Assembly (NCBI GenBank): GCA_032718475.1
Contig: JAUCBJ010007326.1
Span: forward strand, 1 to 44,142
Source of the DNA: Nemertoderma westbladi
Lineage: Eukaryota; Animalia; Xenacoelomorpha
Direction: 5' to 3'
DNA length: 44,142 bases
The stretch's first letter is position 1. Every line of letters begins with the position of its first letter. Below the pieces are notes generated by a model. It was not told where the DNA came from. It ran no database searches and saw only the letters and a list, made by a program, of their open reading frames with translations. The translations under genes were made by a program, and so were the position numbers. Of the stretch, positions 22,310-35,000 are shown one piece after another.

Positions 22310-22585
22310 ATCTGCAATTCTAGTCGATTAAGATATCGCGGCACCCACCGATATTCTTGAAAGACAAAATTCTAGAATCAGTGGTTAACGTCCCCAGACA
22401 AGTTCTGGAATAAACTGGTGCCCATCCTAAATATTAATTATTAATATTTACAAAATCTGTCAAATTTTAGATCCTTTAACATTCTAGTCGATTAAGATAT
22501 CGTAGCATTTACCGATACTCTTAAAAAGACAAATTCATAGAATCAAGGATCATATGTCCCCAGATATGCTCTGGAATCAAATTGT
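22310..22585 (+). repeat. Two ~165 bp-spaced imperfect repeats in the 3' region of the element
   Basis: TTCTAGTCGATTAAGATATCG...AAGACAAA...TAGAATCA...GTCCCCAGA...CTGGAAT at ~22318 and ~22482. Confidence 0.75.
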
Positions 22586-23387
22586 GTCAATTTAACTATC
22601 AAATAATAAAATTTCAGGGAATAAATTTAAATTCATACTTTAATGAATTTAATAAATTGCAATTTTATACAATTTATAACATTCCCAAAATTCCATTAAT
22701 TAATAGATCATGGGAGCGGAGATTCACTATATTAAGTGTATTGTGTGTGAGAATCTCCAATGTATAGTCAATAGCCGATAAAATTCATAAAATCATATAT
22801 AGAGAGGATATTGACAATTAAAGAATTACTATTAAATAGCATCCCAGATCTGTATGCATGAGAATTACCCTAATTCTACCGCTAGCTTTCCATAATGTCA
22901 CCATGGCAACAACCACGCTAGAATTAGAAGTGAGTTAAAAGAACAATAAAGGGCTTGCGCATTGAATAGCATACGGAATAAATAGCACACCACTAGTATC
23001 CAAGGATACATAATAACAACGTGACATTCTGGAAGGCACTTGACTAACGGACAAATGACCCGAATGTGTGATAGAATGTGTACCATTTGTGACTGTTACG
23101 TGGAATTTGTGCGTTTGTAGGTGAATGTTACTACTAAGGTGTGTTTACAGTAGCGAGTCGCAATTGTGAAAGTAACCCTAACTCTCCAGTAAGAACCTGA
23201 AGTATATCTAAGCCTTTGGGACGGACGGTGGAGTGGCTCGTGCTGGTTGTTGTAGTCGTTGTGCAGCTACGACGTTGGCGATAGGCACATCGGCGAAAGT
23301 ACACCAGCGCTGAGGATCTCGCACTGTCCGGGGGCAGAGAGGGGTAGGCAGCGACGCCCGCTCGCCTAAATATAAACTCATTATAAT

Positions 23388-24983
23388 ATGGATAAACTTA
23401 TATAGCAGATATGATTGAGTTGATAGAAGATGATCTTGGTATCACGGAACGATATACTCTACCTTTATAAGCGTTTGTTGATAGCTTGATACGCGGCAAC
23501 GCTGGTCCAACTACTACGGAGGACGATGGTCGTTATATCTAACCGCCAATGTCCCGGGAGCAACTTGCGTGTGGGTTAGACTGTAGAAAATTCACCGCTC
23601 GCTATACGCATCGTAATGGTACGTATATGGACTTCTTAACTACTGGTCATCCTATCGACCTACACGATACGAACGATATAGACACCAAAGGGAAATGGTT
23701 TATTTAAATATCATACCCAGCGGAAGCGGAACGATAAACTGAGACTCGAACACGAAAATTCTATTCGAAACCGACTCGAAAGTGCAGATGTCGAAGAGCC
23801 GGACAAACGCAGCGACTCCACCAAATACCTGGAATTCTTGAGAGAAACCTATCTCGATATTACCAGTCAACAGAATCTAGAAACTCGATATCCTCAAGGT
23901 ATACATCATGACCGCATGGTAGAACTCAAACGGCTCTATTCCACTATGATGTATCTTACCGCCGATCGATCGCTACCTGTTGTACCGGATAGCTTCGAAC
24001 GGATGGAGGAATATTGTAAGCTGGAGAAAGATCACTCGCGTTTCCCCTACAAGACGTGCGTTTTTGGTATTATTGCGATGAATGCCCAAGACCCAACCAA
24101 CAAACGGAAAGACATAAACATCCGCGGAGACGTTGCTTTAAACACGGTTTTACTCGCTATACTTACGGGAGTTTCGAGCGAAACTTGTTCGATGTATCAC
24201 CTACGCTCGTTCGACTCAGACGATCCTTAAATAAACCAATGATCAGAGTTTCGGAATACTCGATCAGAACTCCTCATTCCCTAGTGAGACTTCAGACTCT
24301 TGATCCTATTAGTATGACGGATCCTCCCGAGCTGTACTCACTGCTCAAAGATCTAGTGTTACCTGAACAATTAGTCGGTGGCACCCCAGTTGTGGGCTTC
24401 CTAGATATTAGCCCATTCTACCTAGCCGGATTGGGACGCGGACATTTAATATCGCCGTTTAACCCTTACCATCGTCCCGGCTTAACACGATATAACCTGT
24501 CACCAAAGTGGCGGAGAACGTTGTACCAAACGAGTTAAACGCTATTCTACAAAGATCAGAAAGGAAACCTGCGTTTGTTCAGATAAACGTAAGTTGTAAC
24601 AGCAAGTCCAAGCGATAAACGAATTGTCTTTATCTCAGTTCGATTGTGAAATCCAGAATCTCTAAGAAGATATCGAACTTAGACAACCCCATTCTCTGCG
24701 AGAGTTTTTGGATGAACGTATCCAGCTACGAGCGGAGGAAAATCAGCTCGAGGAGAAGCATATCGAAACTGCGGATACCCCGACCATAATCCTACACCTT
24801 CTGATGCAATCATATTGCACCCTTCACCCAGGATTTATAGCCCTCCTAGTAAAGTGGCTCGCCCCAAAGAGAAAAGGACTCTTGCTAGCCTCAAAAAACT
24901 GCGTAAACGCCGTCTGCTTAAGAAAGACTAACTGTTTAGAGTATCTTTATATTTTAGAAACTGTGATTTGTTATATTTTATAG
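23388..24983 (+). pseudogene. Decayed accessory coding region of unknown function before the 3' LTR
   Basis: GC-richer stretch with consecutive or overlapping protein-like frames (from 23388 with stops; ~23720-24230; 24056-24538; 24708-24983). No recognisable domain. Confidence 0.45.
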
Positions 24984-25001
24984 ACTTAAATCCCATTTTC
25001 T

Positions 25002-25009
25002 GGGAGCGG
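25002..25009 (+). promoter_or_regulatory. Short polypurine tract
   Basis: GGGAGCGG immediately precedes the 3' LTR. Confidence 0.6.
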
Positions 25010-26138
25010 TGTAAAAGCTTTTGCGTAATTAGCCGGTTATTTTCCCCGTAAAGTACTCTGTAGTTGGTTTACTGGGCATAAAAAGGCCGTGTCCTTACTG
25101 TAGTGGTGTTTTAGAGGACATAAAAGTAATTTCTTCTGTAGGTGTACTTTAGCGGACATAATCCGCAATTTTGTGACGCAATAAGCCGGATACTCTTGAA
25201 AACAGTGTGGATACCATGACGACGGCTAACAGCTGATATTGCCACGTCGAACATTTCTTTGTTCTTTGTTCTCTCTTTGTTCGGTCGACCAATCAGAGCG
25301 TTTTTTGTCTCTGTGTTGGAGGTTGGATACAGAAACTCAGTAGTTCAGTGTATATGTTTTTGCCCAGAGCCTAAGAACACTGGCTTTTGGCACCTCCGTG
25401 TTTCAGTCTTTAGCTTAACATTATTAGGCTTAATTATAGAACGTATATCTGTTATCTAAACATATCATGCATATCTTACTTAACATTACTGCTTTTGCTG
25501 TCGGTTATTCATTATATTTGTTGATGGAGGATTATATTTGGAATACTGATCAATAGTCAGACACCCCAATCTTCTTGATATACTAAAGGTTAGAGAGACC
25601 GGTTACATATAAACGATTGCGACTTATGTTAAGTGGTGTGAAGTGAATCTAATGCTATTTTATAGGCCCTACATGTATTGTCTGTTATTCTCTTTGTATG
25701 TGACTAAAATTAGTGAAGGTCGGCAGATTGGTGTGCAGCATTGTGTATGATTGTGACTGATAACAAAGCATCTCCTAAAGAATGCGCCATATACGTGAAT
25801 CTATAGCCATCTCATTGCGTCTGGTTTAAGTCATAACTCTGTTTACATATTTAGAGCGCCACGTCCTAAAGGAACTGTTAATATTTCCCGAAAGTGAATA
25901 ATATTTGTCAGAGATTATATATTGCGATCAGTCGAATAATACAGTAGGCTTACACCATCAATCATTAAGCTTCCGAATTCAGTCTCCCGGGTATATCCAG
26001 CGGGTGAATGATTGCGCATAGACTGGCTTCGGCTAATGTAGTGTATCAAATACTCGTCATAGGCTAAAGGCTATCTATCATCTAAAAGACATCCTAATTT
26101 GGCAGGTTAAACTGTCAAAGGTCTTAAAAGCGCAAACA
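25010..26138 (+). repeat. 3' LTR (1129 bp)
   Basis: Direct repeat of 12780-13918, followed by the GGTAT TSD. Confidence 0.96.
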
Positions 26139-26204
26139 GGTATACCCCCCCCTTAACCCAGTTAAAGAAAATAATAAAATCATATGAAAATGACACAGTT
26201 ATTA

Positions 26205-27330
26205 GGCTTCAAGATAAAGGATCGAAACACTTCGTAGTAAAAAACGTATTGTAATAGTATATCCAAAACAATTTAAGAGACACTTTGACTTTTACTTCAT
26301 ATACGGTTGACTCCCCTAATCTTGTAATTATTACGATAAATTAGGGATTTTATTAATAAGTGGAAAGATGTTAAAGTTATTAAATGAGTGTACGGAAATG
26401 TCTCATCCAACAAGATCCAAAACCTGTGAGAATGTTTGGTAATGTAAATACCCACAAGGAGAATCGTCCTCTCCGCTAGATCCTTTATGCTTCTGGTCCG
26501 GTTACACAACGTTTGGGAAGGTTTGTAGTGTGAAAGAACATTTGGCTGCAAACACGAGGCTTTTCTGAAGAACACAACGATGTTTTACTTTGGATTAATA
26601 CCCTAACCTGTAGTTTTGCCACGATTCCACCTTCTGTTTCTGTTCATATGTTTAGATCTGTCAAATTTTTTCCTATCTGTTGATGATGGGATGGGTATAA
26701 ATGCGGTCGAGGAAATTCTATAACGAAATAGAACTAATATAAAACAGAGTGATCCCCCCAATGAGTGCATTATAGAGGCATTTAAGATTTGTTTGGAAAG
26801 CAATAACTGTAAGTTTCTTGAAAACACTATACGCAGTTAGGTGGATCAGTTATGTGTCCATCGAATTCCTGTACATATGCTGATATGTGGGGTGCAAAAT
26901 TTATTGTCAAAGCCGTTTCTTCATATCCGCATCCACCAGTAGCATATAAAAGGTTTCGAGATGACATATTATCTATTGGCATAACACTGACGGATGAGGA
27001 TTTATAGAGCTTCGTAACTTATTTAAATAAAACTGTTCTACCTGGGAAGATTCTCTTTTAAAATATAAGAAGTTAGGGAAGGTAGAGAAGTTAATTTCCT
27101 TGACCTCACAATCATTTGTAAGTAATAATGGACAGATATCAACAAAGAATTACCACAAACCTATGGATGTTCACCAATATTTATGTCACACAAGCGCACA
27201 TCGCTGGTCGCAAATCCGAACAAACCCATAAGAGTCGCACTGCGATTTCATAGAAATAATTGTAGCTTGAATGAGGATTTATATGAAAATCTAAGAGAAT
27301 ATGGTTTAGCTTTTACTGCTGCATCCTACT
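26205..27330 (+). pseudogene. Degenerate Penelope-like element RT
   Basis: Motifs across frames: QDKGSKHFVV, THKENRPLR, ICLESNNCKF, YKRFRDDI, VNFLDLTI, YHKPMDVHQYL, PIRVALRF. Confidence 0.85.
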
Positions 27331-27816
27331 GCAATACTGTAATTGGCTCTTCTGCCCTGACTGTTTTGGTTCTCAGACTATTGATTCTCAATTAAATTAT
27401 GTTTTCAATTTCTCGTTTATTGTTTTGGTTCCTTTCAACACGCCTCTGTAACCTGCTTCTTTATTTACCTGCCTGCAGGTAGGTGTAAATGTAGTGTATG
27501 CGTAGCATTTACCCCCAGGTAATATGTAGAATTTTTCATTTCAATCAGATTTTATCAACGTTCAATGTAGTGACTATGCTAGGAAGGAGAACAAAATAAG
27601 ATTTCTATATAAACCTTCACTAAACTGTTGAATCTCTCCCAAAGATGTAAAGATATTAACATATTGAACCCATATAAAATTAGTTTGCTTAATCTTACAT
27701 TATGATGATTGCTATTAGCATGAAATGTAATAGGTTACTTGTATTAAATTTTATTAATATTAAATACAATACATAAATAAATTTTACTAATATACTGTTA
27801 ATATAGCTTATTTAAA

Positions 27817-28240
27817 ATGAGGAATGTTGTTCATATGATATTGTTTGCAACTTGTTCTTTTCGAATGGCTTTTGCTGGATCCCTCAATAAGCGGTATGAC
27901 CTTAAGTTCCATAATAAAATTATTTCAAACCACGAAATAGTAACAACATCGAAGAACAGTTTGATTGGTTGCGCCTCAGTTTGTGCCAAAAGATCAGAGT
28001 GCAAATCATTTCAGAGACATGCAACAAGAAGGAGCTGTGTATTAAATAGTGAAAATGATATGAATATTCCAGCAGAAGATATTATTGAAGCAAAAGGTTG
28101 GGATTTATTTGTTGTGTCTGCTACCAGATAATCCTTGTTGGTAAGAAGACAAAACAGAGTTCCCAAAGTGAAGACCCAAAATTTGAAGCTGAAAATGCCA
28201 TTGATGGTAAAGATGTGGGATTCCAGACCGATAGTAGTGG
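27817..28240 (+). pseudogene. PAN/apple + F-type lectin gene copy B, exon 1 (signal peptide, PAN domain, start of lectin domain; frameshift at ~28130)
   Basis: Hydrophobic N-terminus; CASVC...CKSF...CVLNS PAN pattern; a shifted frame gives ILVGKKTKQSS...AENAIDGK; GTAAGT donor at 28241. Confidence 0.85.
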
Positions 28241-28727
28241 GTAAGTTACTGTATATATAGTGTAGGTAGGTTTTATATTGTTTATATTTAAATTTTATTA
28301 GTATTACCATGGATATTGGTGATGATAAACTTTTTGGCAATTGTTAGGAACATCTTGATACACAAAGAAACAGTAACCTACTTTTCAGGCAACCAACACA
28401 AGGAAAGCGTAACCATGGACATCCAGCTATGACATATATTACCAACTTTAAAGGAATAGTTGACTTGTGAGAAACGAAATTGTAACGGACAACTATGTAG
28501 AATCGGGAAGCCTGGAAGTATCTCATTTCTAATGTCCGAGCTCGCTCGACCTAGTAGTAGTAGTGTTTCATCTGATGCAGAATTTAACTATGATTTCATA
28601 TCTTAATATCATGGCTTTCAAAATGGTTAAAGCTTAATTATGGAGTGGAGCAAAAGGATGCAAAAATAACACATCAAATAGAATAGCTGATTTGTATATA
28701 GATTATAATTTATTTTTACTGGTTTAG

Positions 28728-28847
28728 GTCATGTATGCGGACATCACCTGAAGATGATGGAACAACATCCTGGTGGAGGGTTGATATGAATATTCCTCGT
28801 ACCATCACAAATGGTGTAATTTATACAAGGAAAATAGAAACAGACAA
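28728..28847 (+). pseudogene. F-type lectin gene copy B, exon 2
   Basis: tttAG acceptor, GTGAGT donor, phase 2-2; translates SCMRTSPEDDGTTSWWRVDMNIPRTITNGVIYTRKIETD. Confidence 0.85.
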
Positions 28848-29038
28848 GTGAGTTAGTTTTATTATCATCAATAAAAGACACAATTCACTAACATTGAATA
28901 CCCATGATAATCAAGTCAATATAATTAATTAAGTTACAAAACATCAGGAAGCTCATTTAACTGAATATAAATGGGCCAAACTTATAAATCAATTTATTAC
29001 CAAAACAGGCATATTATATATCTCACACGCCACCTACA

Positions 29039-32000
29039 GGTTGCGTCGCGTTTCGGCAACTGTCACGTTTAGGCAACTCAAATTCGCAACTGAACAATTA
29101 CGTTTCACCAACTGCTATAGTTGTGTTTCGGCAATTTCAGCCTTTCGGCTAACTGAAGTTGCGTTTCGGCAACTAGGTCACAAACCTCGTATGTAATGTA
29201 ACTGTGACTACATTCATTATGAAAGTAAATTATAAATTATGACAAGTTTAAAAGTTACTTATAGTTATTGATGGCAGAGTTGTTAATTGGTCATTTATAT
29301 GTATACATTGCCGGTTTGCACATATGGCAGTGATAAAATATGATTTTGTGGTCTGATTGATAAAGGTGGAATTTTTCTCCACGAAAATTAGAACTAATCA
29401 TTGTACGCTCTCCATTTTGGGCGCAAACTGATCCTGAGATATGTCGGATTCTAAATTTTGTCTACTGAGTCGAACGCCAGTTGAAAAACCAAAATTGAAA
29501 AGGGGAATAGATAAACAGTACTGTGTGAATTAATATCAGATTTAATTATAATATCAGATTAAATTAATAGACTTATCATATATCGAATAATATGGGGACA
29601 ATATACAGTATGGAATTAATAACATCAGTTTCTATATAACTCAAAGTAGTGTTGGAGTAGGCTTGGGTAAAATAATGTAGAATGTAAATGAATAATGGGA
29701 AACGTAATGAGGCAAAGGTAATAAATAATACTGATTTGCTCTGCCCTACGTTGATACAATGCGATGATGGTGACGTTGAGATTCCACCTATCTCTATACT
29801 GTAGGCTCTATACAGTATCCAGGTGGAGAGCGCAAATGGAGCATTTGCGCCGTGCGAGCGCATGGCCGACGGCGTTGGCCATGTGGTATTGTTTTAGAAT
29901 ATTACAGTATTATTAATCCCATGTAAAGTTAAAAGTTAAAGCCCATATTGCTGATGGAAAATAACAAATGCCTACCTTGATTTTGTTAAGGTCAGTTTTG
30001 TTTATACTTGAAGGCTTACATATATAAGTATACATGGGCATAATATTCCAAATACTTTTGTTGCGCCTGTCGATTCGTATGAATCGACAGGCGCATAGAC
30101 CCCCCCAATTTATATTACTTGCGCATGTACATTAGTAGGCCTACAGAAGTACTTGGGTATTCCTGTATTCACAATATTCAACTACCATATATGAAGATAG
30201 GGTACGTTTTGACTAAAATTCTGCATCTGATGTAACATTTTGACTAGGCCTATCTGCCAAAAGAACCTCCACTATATCTGCCCTTCATGTAGGCCTACCA
30301 TATTATTAAATTATTATTTATACTTCAAAAATTTGTGGCACGAAACACATCACACGAAATGGAATTACAATAAAAGCAGGCCATTTAAAACCATCTTCAA
30401 TCAATTAATTCAGCACCTTGGAAAACCTAATAATAAAAATTATTCAAATTTGTTGAATTGACAAAGGTGGTTCTGAATTAACGAGACGAGGGTGGACCCA
30501 GAGCTATCGAGGGTGGTCCCTGAATTAACGAGTGAGGACCCAGAGTTAATAGGGATATTCCCTGGATTAATAAAAAATAATTAATACCAAAACTAATAAC
30601 AAAAAAAACACCCAAAATATAATACCAGCAAATACAGAAATATACTCATATTAACAAATAACACAAAAATAATTATTTAATAAAAAATTTAATATTGAAC
30701 TTTTAAAGCTCTAAAATCATAAAGAAAACCCATGAAGGTGTATTCCAATTACAATTGTTCAACCCCAGTGATTTTAAAATACACCAGACATGTCAGAGAG
30801 CATTGTAAGTATCATTTCCTTTGTGCAAAAATTAATTCTTCTTGATATATTATATGCAAAATTTTCATGCATATTCAAACAATCAAAAGCGTGAAACCGG
30901 TAGTCATACAGCAATTGGATGTCTTTAGTAGGATCGGAAACACTCTAGAGAACATTTAAAATAAACTTCATCATTCCAAAGTGAATACTTCTTGAGATAT
31001 AGCCTTTCAAAAAATTAACCAATCATAGACCACGTAGCAAACCCCGACAATCCAACAGCTATAAAACATCGTCAGTGAGTTAGGACATACTCCAGAGAAT
31101 ATTCTTAGCTTTCAAACTTCATCCCAAAGTGAAGCAAACTCGAGTTATCGTCGTTCAAAGCATTAGCCAATCAGGCGCCGTATCTGATGACCACGGTATG
31201 GGGGTGACTTGGGACCTCAACGCGAGATTCAGAACACCATCCAAAACATATTCGCATAAAATCTTATCACTAATTGTCAAGGCCTAGGTAAGTTTTCAGC
31301 GTTTGAATATTTGAGCCAATCAGGTGCCAGATACAGTGACCACGGTACGCGCATGACCTGAGACCCCAATGGAAGGTTCAGAGTACTGGCCAAAACATTT
31401 TCGCATCAAATTGTACCGTAAAATGTTACTGCATATCACAGCAAAGTCACCTACCGGTATTTGATCAGCAAAAGATCAGGTCTGACTGTGTGATTTGGGT
31501 CTGATCATATTTTCCTTTGCATGCATAAGAAGCCCTTCAATGGTCACTATCCGCTACATTGATCTAATCCATATCGTCAGATAGCCCGTGTTGCTGTTAT
31601 AAGATTTATTTTGATTTGGTGCGATTTGGGTAATTTTAGTTTTTTTGGGGTAAACTATGGTATTAATAACTTCCAGTAAAATCCCAACATTAAGAACATT
31701 GCTAGAAACGTCAATCATCTATAGCCTACAAACTAAGGATAACTATCAGCCAGTTACTGTACATGGGCAGATGGGTATACTAAGTACAGGAGTACCCAGT
31801 ACTTGGATATTCCTGTATTGACAATACTCAACTATATGAAGATAGGGTACGTTTTGACTAAAATACGGCATCTGATGTAACGTTTTGACTAGGCCTATCT
31901 GCCAAAAGAACCTCCACTAAATATGCCATCTCACTACAGACTGTGGAGATAGCTACCGGCAAGAGGTGCTTGGTATATAGTTTTAGTCAGTAATGGCATA

Positions 32001-35000
32001 CAGCAACTACTGACTTTATGATTTCATCAAGTTCATCAAACCAGGCTGACGACTCAGCTGTTTAATTAATTGCAGCCGGATTGGATAAATTATTAATTAA
32101 TTTGGGAAACTTTACTAATTAGTAAAATCGTTAATTAGTTCGATTCAAAAGATTTTAGAATAATTATCATTTGTAAAATAGTAAACCGCTTTGATACACC
32201 TTGTGAATAAGGATTTGGGGGCGGGGGGGACAAAGCCCCCCCGCCAATTAGGTAATTAAGTAATTAGTTAATTACTAATTAACGGTAGGAGATACGGCAT
32301 CGGCGCCAGAGACTTTTTTGTGTAGAATAAAATTCCGAACAACTTTGTGATGTTACGTTTTTTCATAGCTCTTAGTGTTTTCGAGTTACGACGCTAATTA
32401 GTTTTCGGCTAATTAGTACTAATTAACAGTAATAGGAGGGCCATAGCGATGACTGAACTTTTTTTAGATCTTACCGAGATGAACAAAAAAAAACACCGTT
32501 GCTAGGGGAAAAATCAAATACTTTTCGAGAAAAATCAATTAGAAATCTTTAATCGCTAATTACTAATTAATTAATTAACAGATTTTTTCCACAAAAACTC
32601 CTAGCTAGCGCGCTAGGGCCATCTACCAGATCGCGCAAACAGAATCGTTCTAGCTTTCGCCGTTCTCCTGGAAAAATCATTTAAAGATCCACCTAAAAAA
32701 GATCAAAGCAAAATGCCTACTTCTCAGGGAGTGATACTAGACCGTTAAATTATGAGGTTTGAAGTTGGTGTTGATGTTGGTTTCTATGTTCCGTTAAATA
32801 GGCTGCAGTATCTATACCTCATAATTCTCTGTCGAGCCTCGGGCTCTCCAGTTGCAGCCAGACCATCCAGGTGGAGAGCGCAAATGGAGCATTTGCGCCG
32901 TGCGAGCGCATGGCCGACGGCGTTGGCCATGTGGTATTGTTCTAGAATATTACAGTATTATTAATCCCATGTAAAGTTAAAAGTTAAAGCCCATATTGCT
33001 GATGGAAAATAACAAATGCCTACCATGATTTTGTTAAGGTCAGTTTTGTTTATACTTGAAGGCTTACATATATAAGTATACATGGGCATAATATTCCAAA
33101 TACTTTTGTTGCGCCTGTCGATTCGTATGAATCGACAGGCGCATAGACCCCCCCAATTTATATTACTTGCGCATGTACATTAGTAGGCCTACAGAAGTAC
33201 TTGGGTATTCCTGTATTCACAATATTCAACTACCATATATGAAGATAGGGTACGTTTTGACTAAAATTCTGCATCTGATGTAACGTTTTGACTAGGCCTA
33301 TCTGCCAAAAGACTGAAAGAACCTCCACTATATCTGCCCTACATGTAGGCCTACCATATTATTAAATTATTATTTATACTTCAAAAATTTGTGGCACGAA
33401 ACACATCACACGAAATGGAATTACAATAAAAGCAGGCCATTTAAAACCATCTTCAATCAATTAATTCAGCACCTTGGAAAACCTAATAAAAAAAATTATT
33501 CAAATTTGTTGAATTGACAAAGGTGGTTCTGAATTAACGAGACGAGGGTGGACCCAGAGCTATCGAGGGTGGTCCCTGAATTAACGAGTGAGGACCCAGA
33601 GTTAATAGGGATATTCCCTGGATTAATAAAAAATAATTAATACCAAAACTAATAACAAAAAAAACACCCAAAATATAATACCAGCAAATACAGAAATATA
33701 CTCATATTAACAAATAACACAAAAATAATTATTTAATAAAAAATTTAATATTGAACTTTTAAAGCTCTAAAATCATAAAGAAAACCCATGAAGGTGTATT
33801 CCAATTACAATTGTTCAACCCCAGTGATTTTAAAATACACCAGACATGTCAGAGAGCATTGTAAGTATTATTTCCTTTGTGCAAAAATTAATTCTTCTTG
33901 ATATATTATATGCAAAATTTTCATGCATATTCAAACAATCAAAAGCGTGAAACCGGTAGTCATACAGCAATTGGATGTCTTTAGTAGGATCGGAAACACT
34001 CTAGAGAACATTTAAAATAAACTTCATCATTCCAAAGTGAATACTTCTTGAGATATAGCCTTTCAAAAAATTAACCAATCATAGACCACGTAGTAAAACC
34101 CGACAATCCAACAGCTATAAAACATCGTCAGTGAGTTAGGGCATACTCCAGAGAATATTCTTAGCTTTCAAACTTCATCCCAAAGTGAAGCAAACTCGAG
34201 TTATCGTCGTTCAAAGCATTAGCCAATCAGGCGCCGTATCTGATGACCACGGTATGGGGGTGACTTGGGACCTCAACGCGAGATTCAGAACACCATCCAA
34301 AACATATTCGCATAAAATCTTATCACTAATTGTCAAGGCCTAGGTAAGTTTTCAGCGTTTGAATATTTGAGCCAATCAGGTGCCAGATACAGTGACCACG
34401 GTACGCGCGTGACTTGAGACCCCAATGGAAGGTTCAGAGTACTGGCCAAAACATTTTCGCATCAAATTGTACCGTAAAATGTTACTGCATATCAGCAAAG
34501 TCACCTACCGGTATTTGATCAGCAAAAGATCAGGTCTGACTGTGTGATTTGGGTCTGATCATATTTTCCTTTGCATGCATAAGAAGCCCTTCAATGGTCA
34601 CTATCCGCTACATTGATCTAATCCATATCGTCAGATAGCCCGTGTTGCTGTTATAAGATTTATTTTGATTTGGTGCGATTTGGGTAATTTTAGTTTTTTT
34701 GGGGTAAACTATGGTATTAATATAACTTCCAGTAAAATCCCAACGTTAAGAACATTGCTAGAAACGTCAATCATCTATAGCCTACAAACTAAGGGTAACT
34801 ATCAGCCAGTTACTGTACATGGGCAGATGGGTATACTAAGTACAGGAGTACCCAGTACTTGGATATTCCTGTATTGACAATACTCAACTATATGAAGATA
34901 GGGTACATTTTGACTAAAATACGGCATCTGATGTAACGTTTTGACTAGGCCTATCTGCCAAAAGAACCTCCACTAAATATGCCATACATGTAGGCCTACC

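Larger units (their letters stand above)
12780..26138 (+). mobile_element. BEL/Pao (Belpaoviridae) LTR retrotransposon, non-autonomous, recent insertion
   Basis: Two near-identical TG...CA LTRs, 5-bp TSD GGTAT (12775-12779 and 26139-26143), BEL-type Gag with triple Cys-His knuckles, aspartic protease and a BEL RNase H-end motif. Confidence 0.96.

Noticed and set aside
31184-31215. Retrozyme-type hammerhead in the trimer (CTGATGA; also CTGACGA at ~32046)
   Set aside because: No downstream GAAA closing a stem II in either case.
32909-32945. Canonical Helitron 3' end (hairpin then CTAG)
   Set aside because: CTAG is followed by A rather than T, reads TTAG in unit 1, and lies ~75 bp inside the insertion boundary defined by the empty site.
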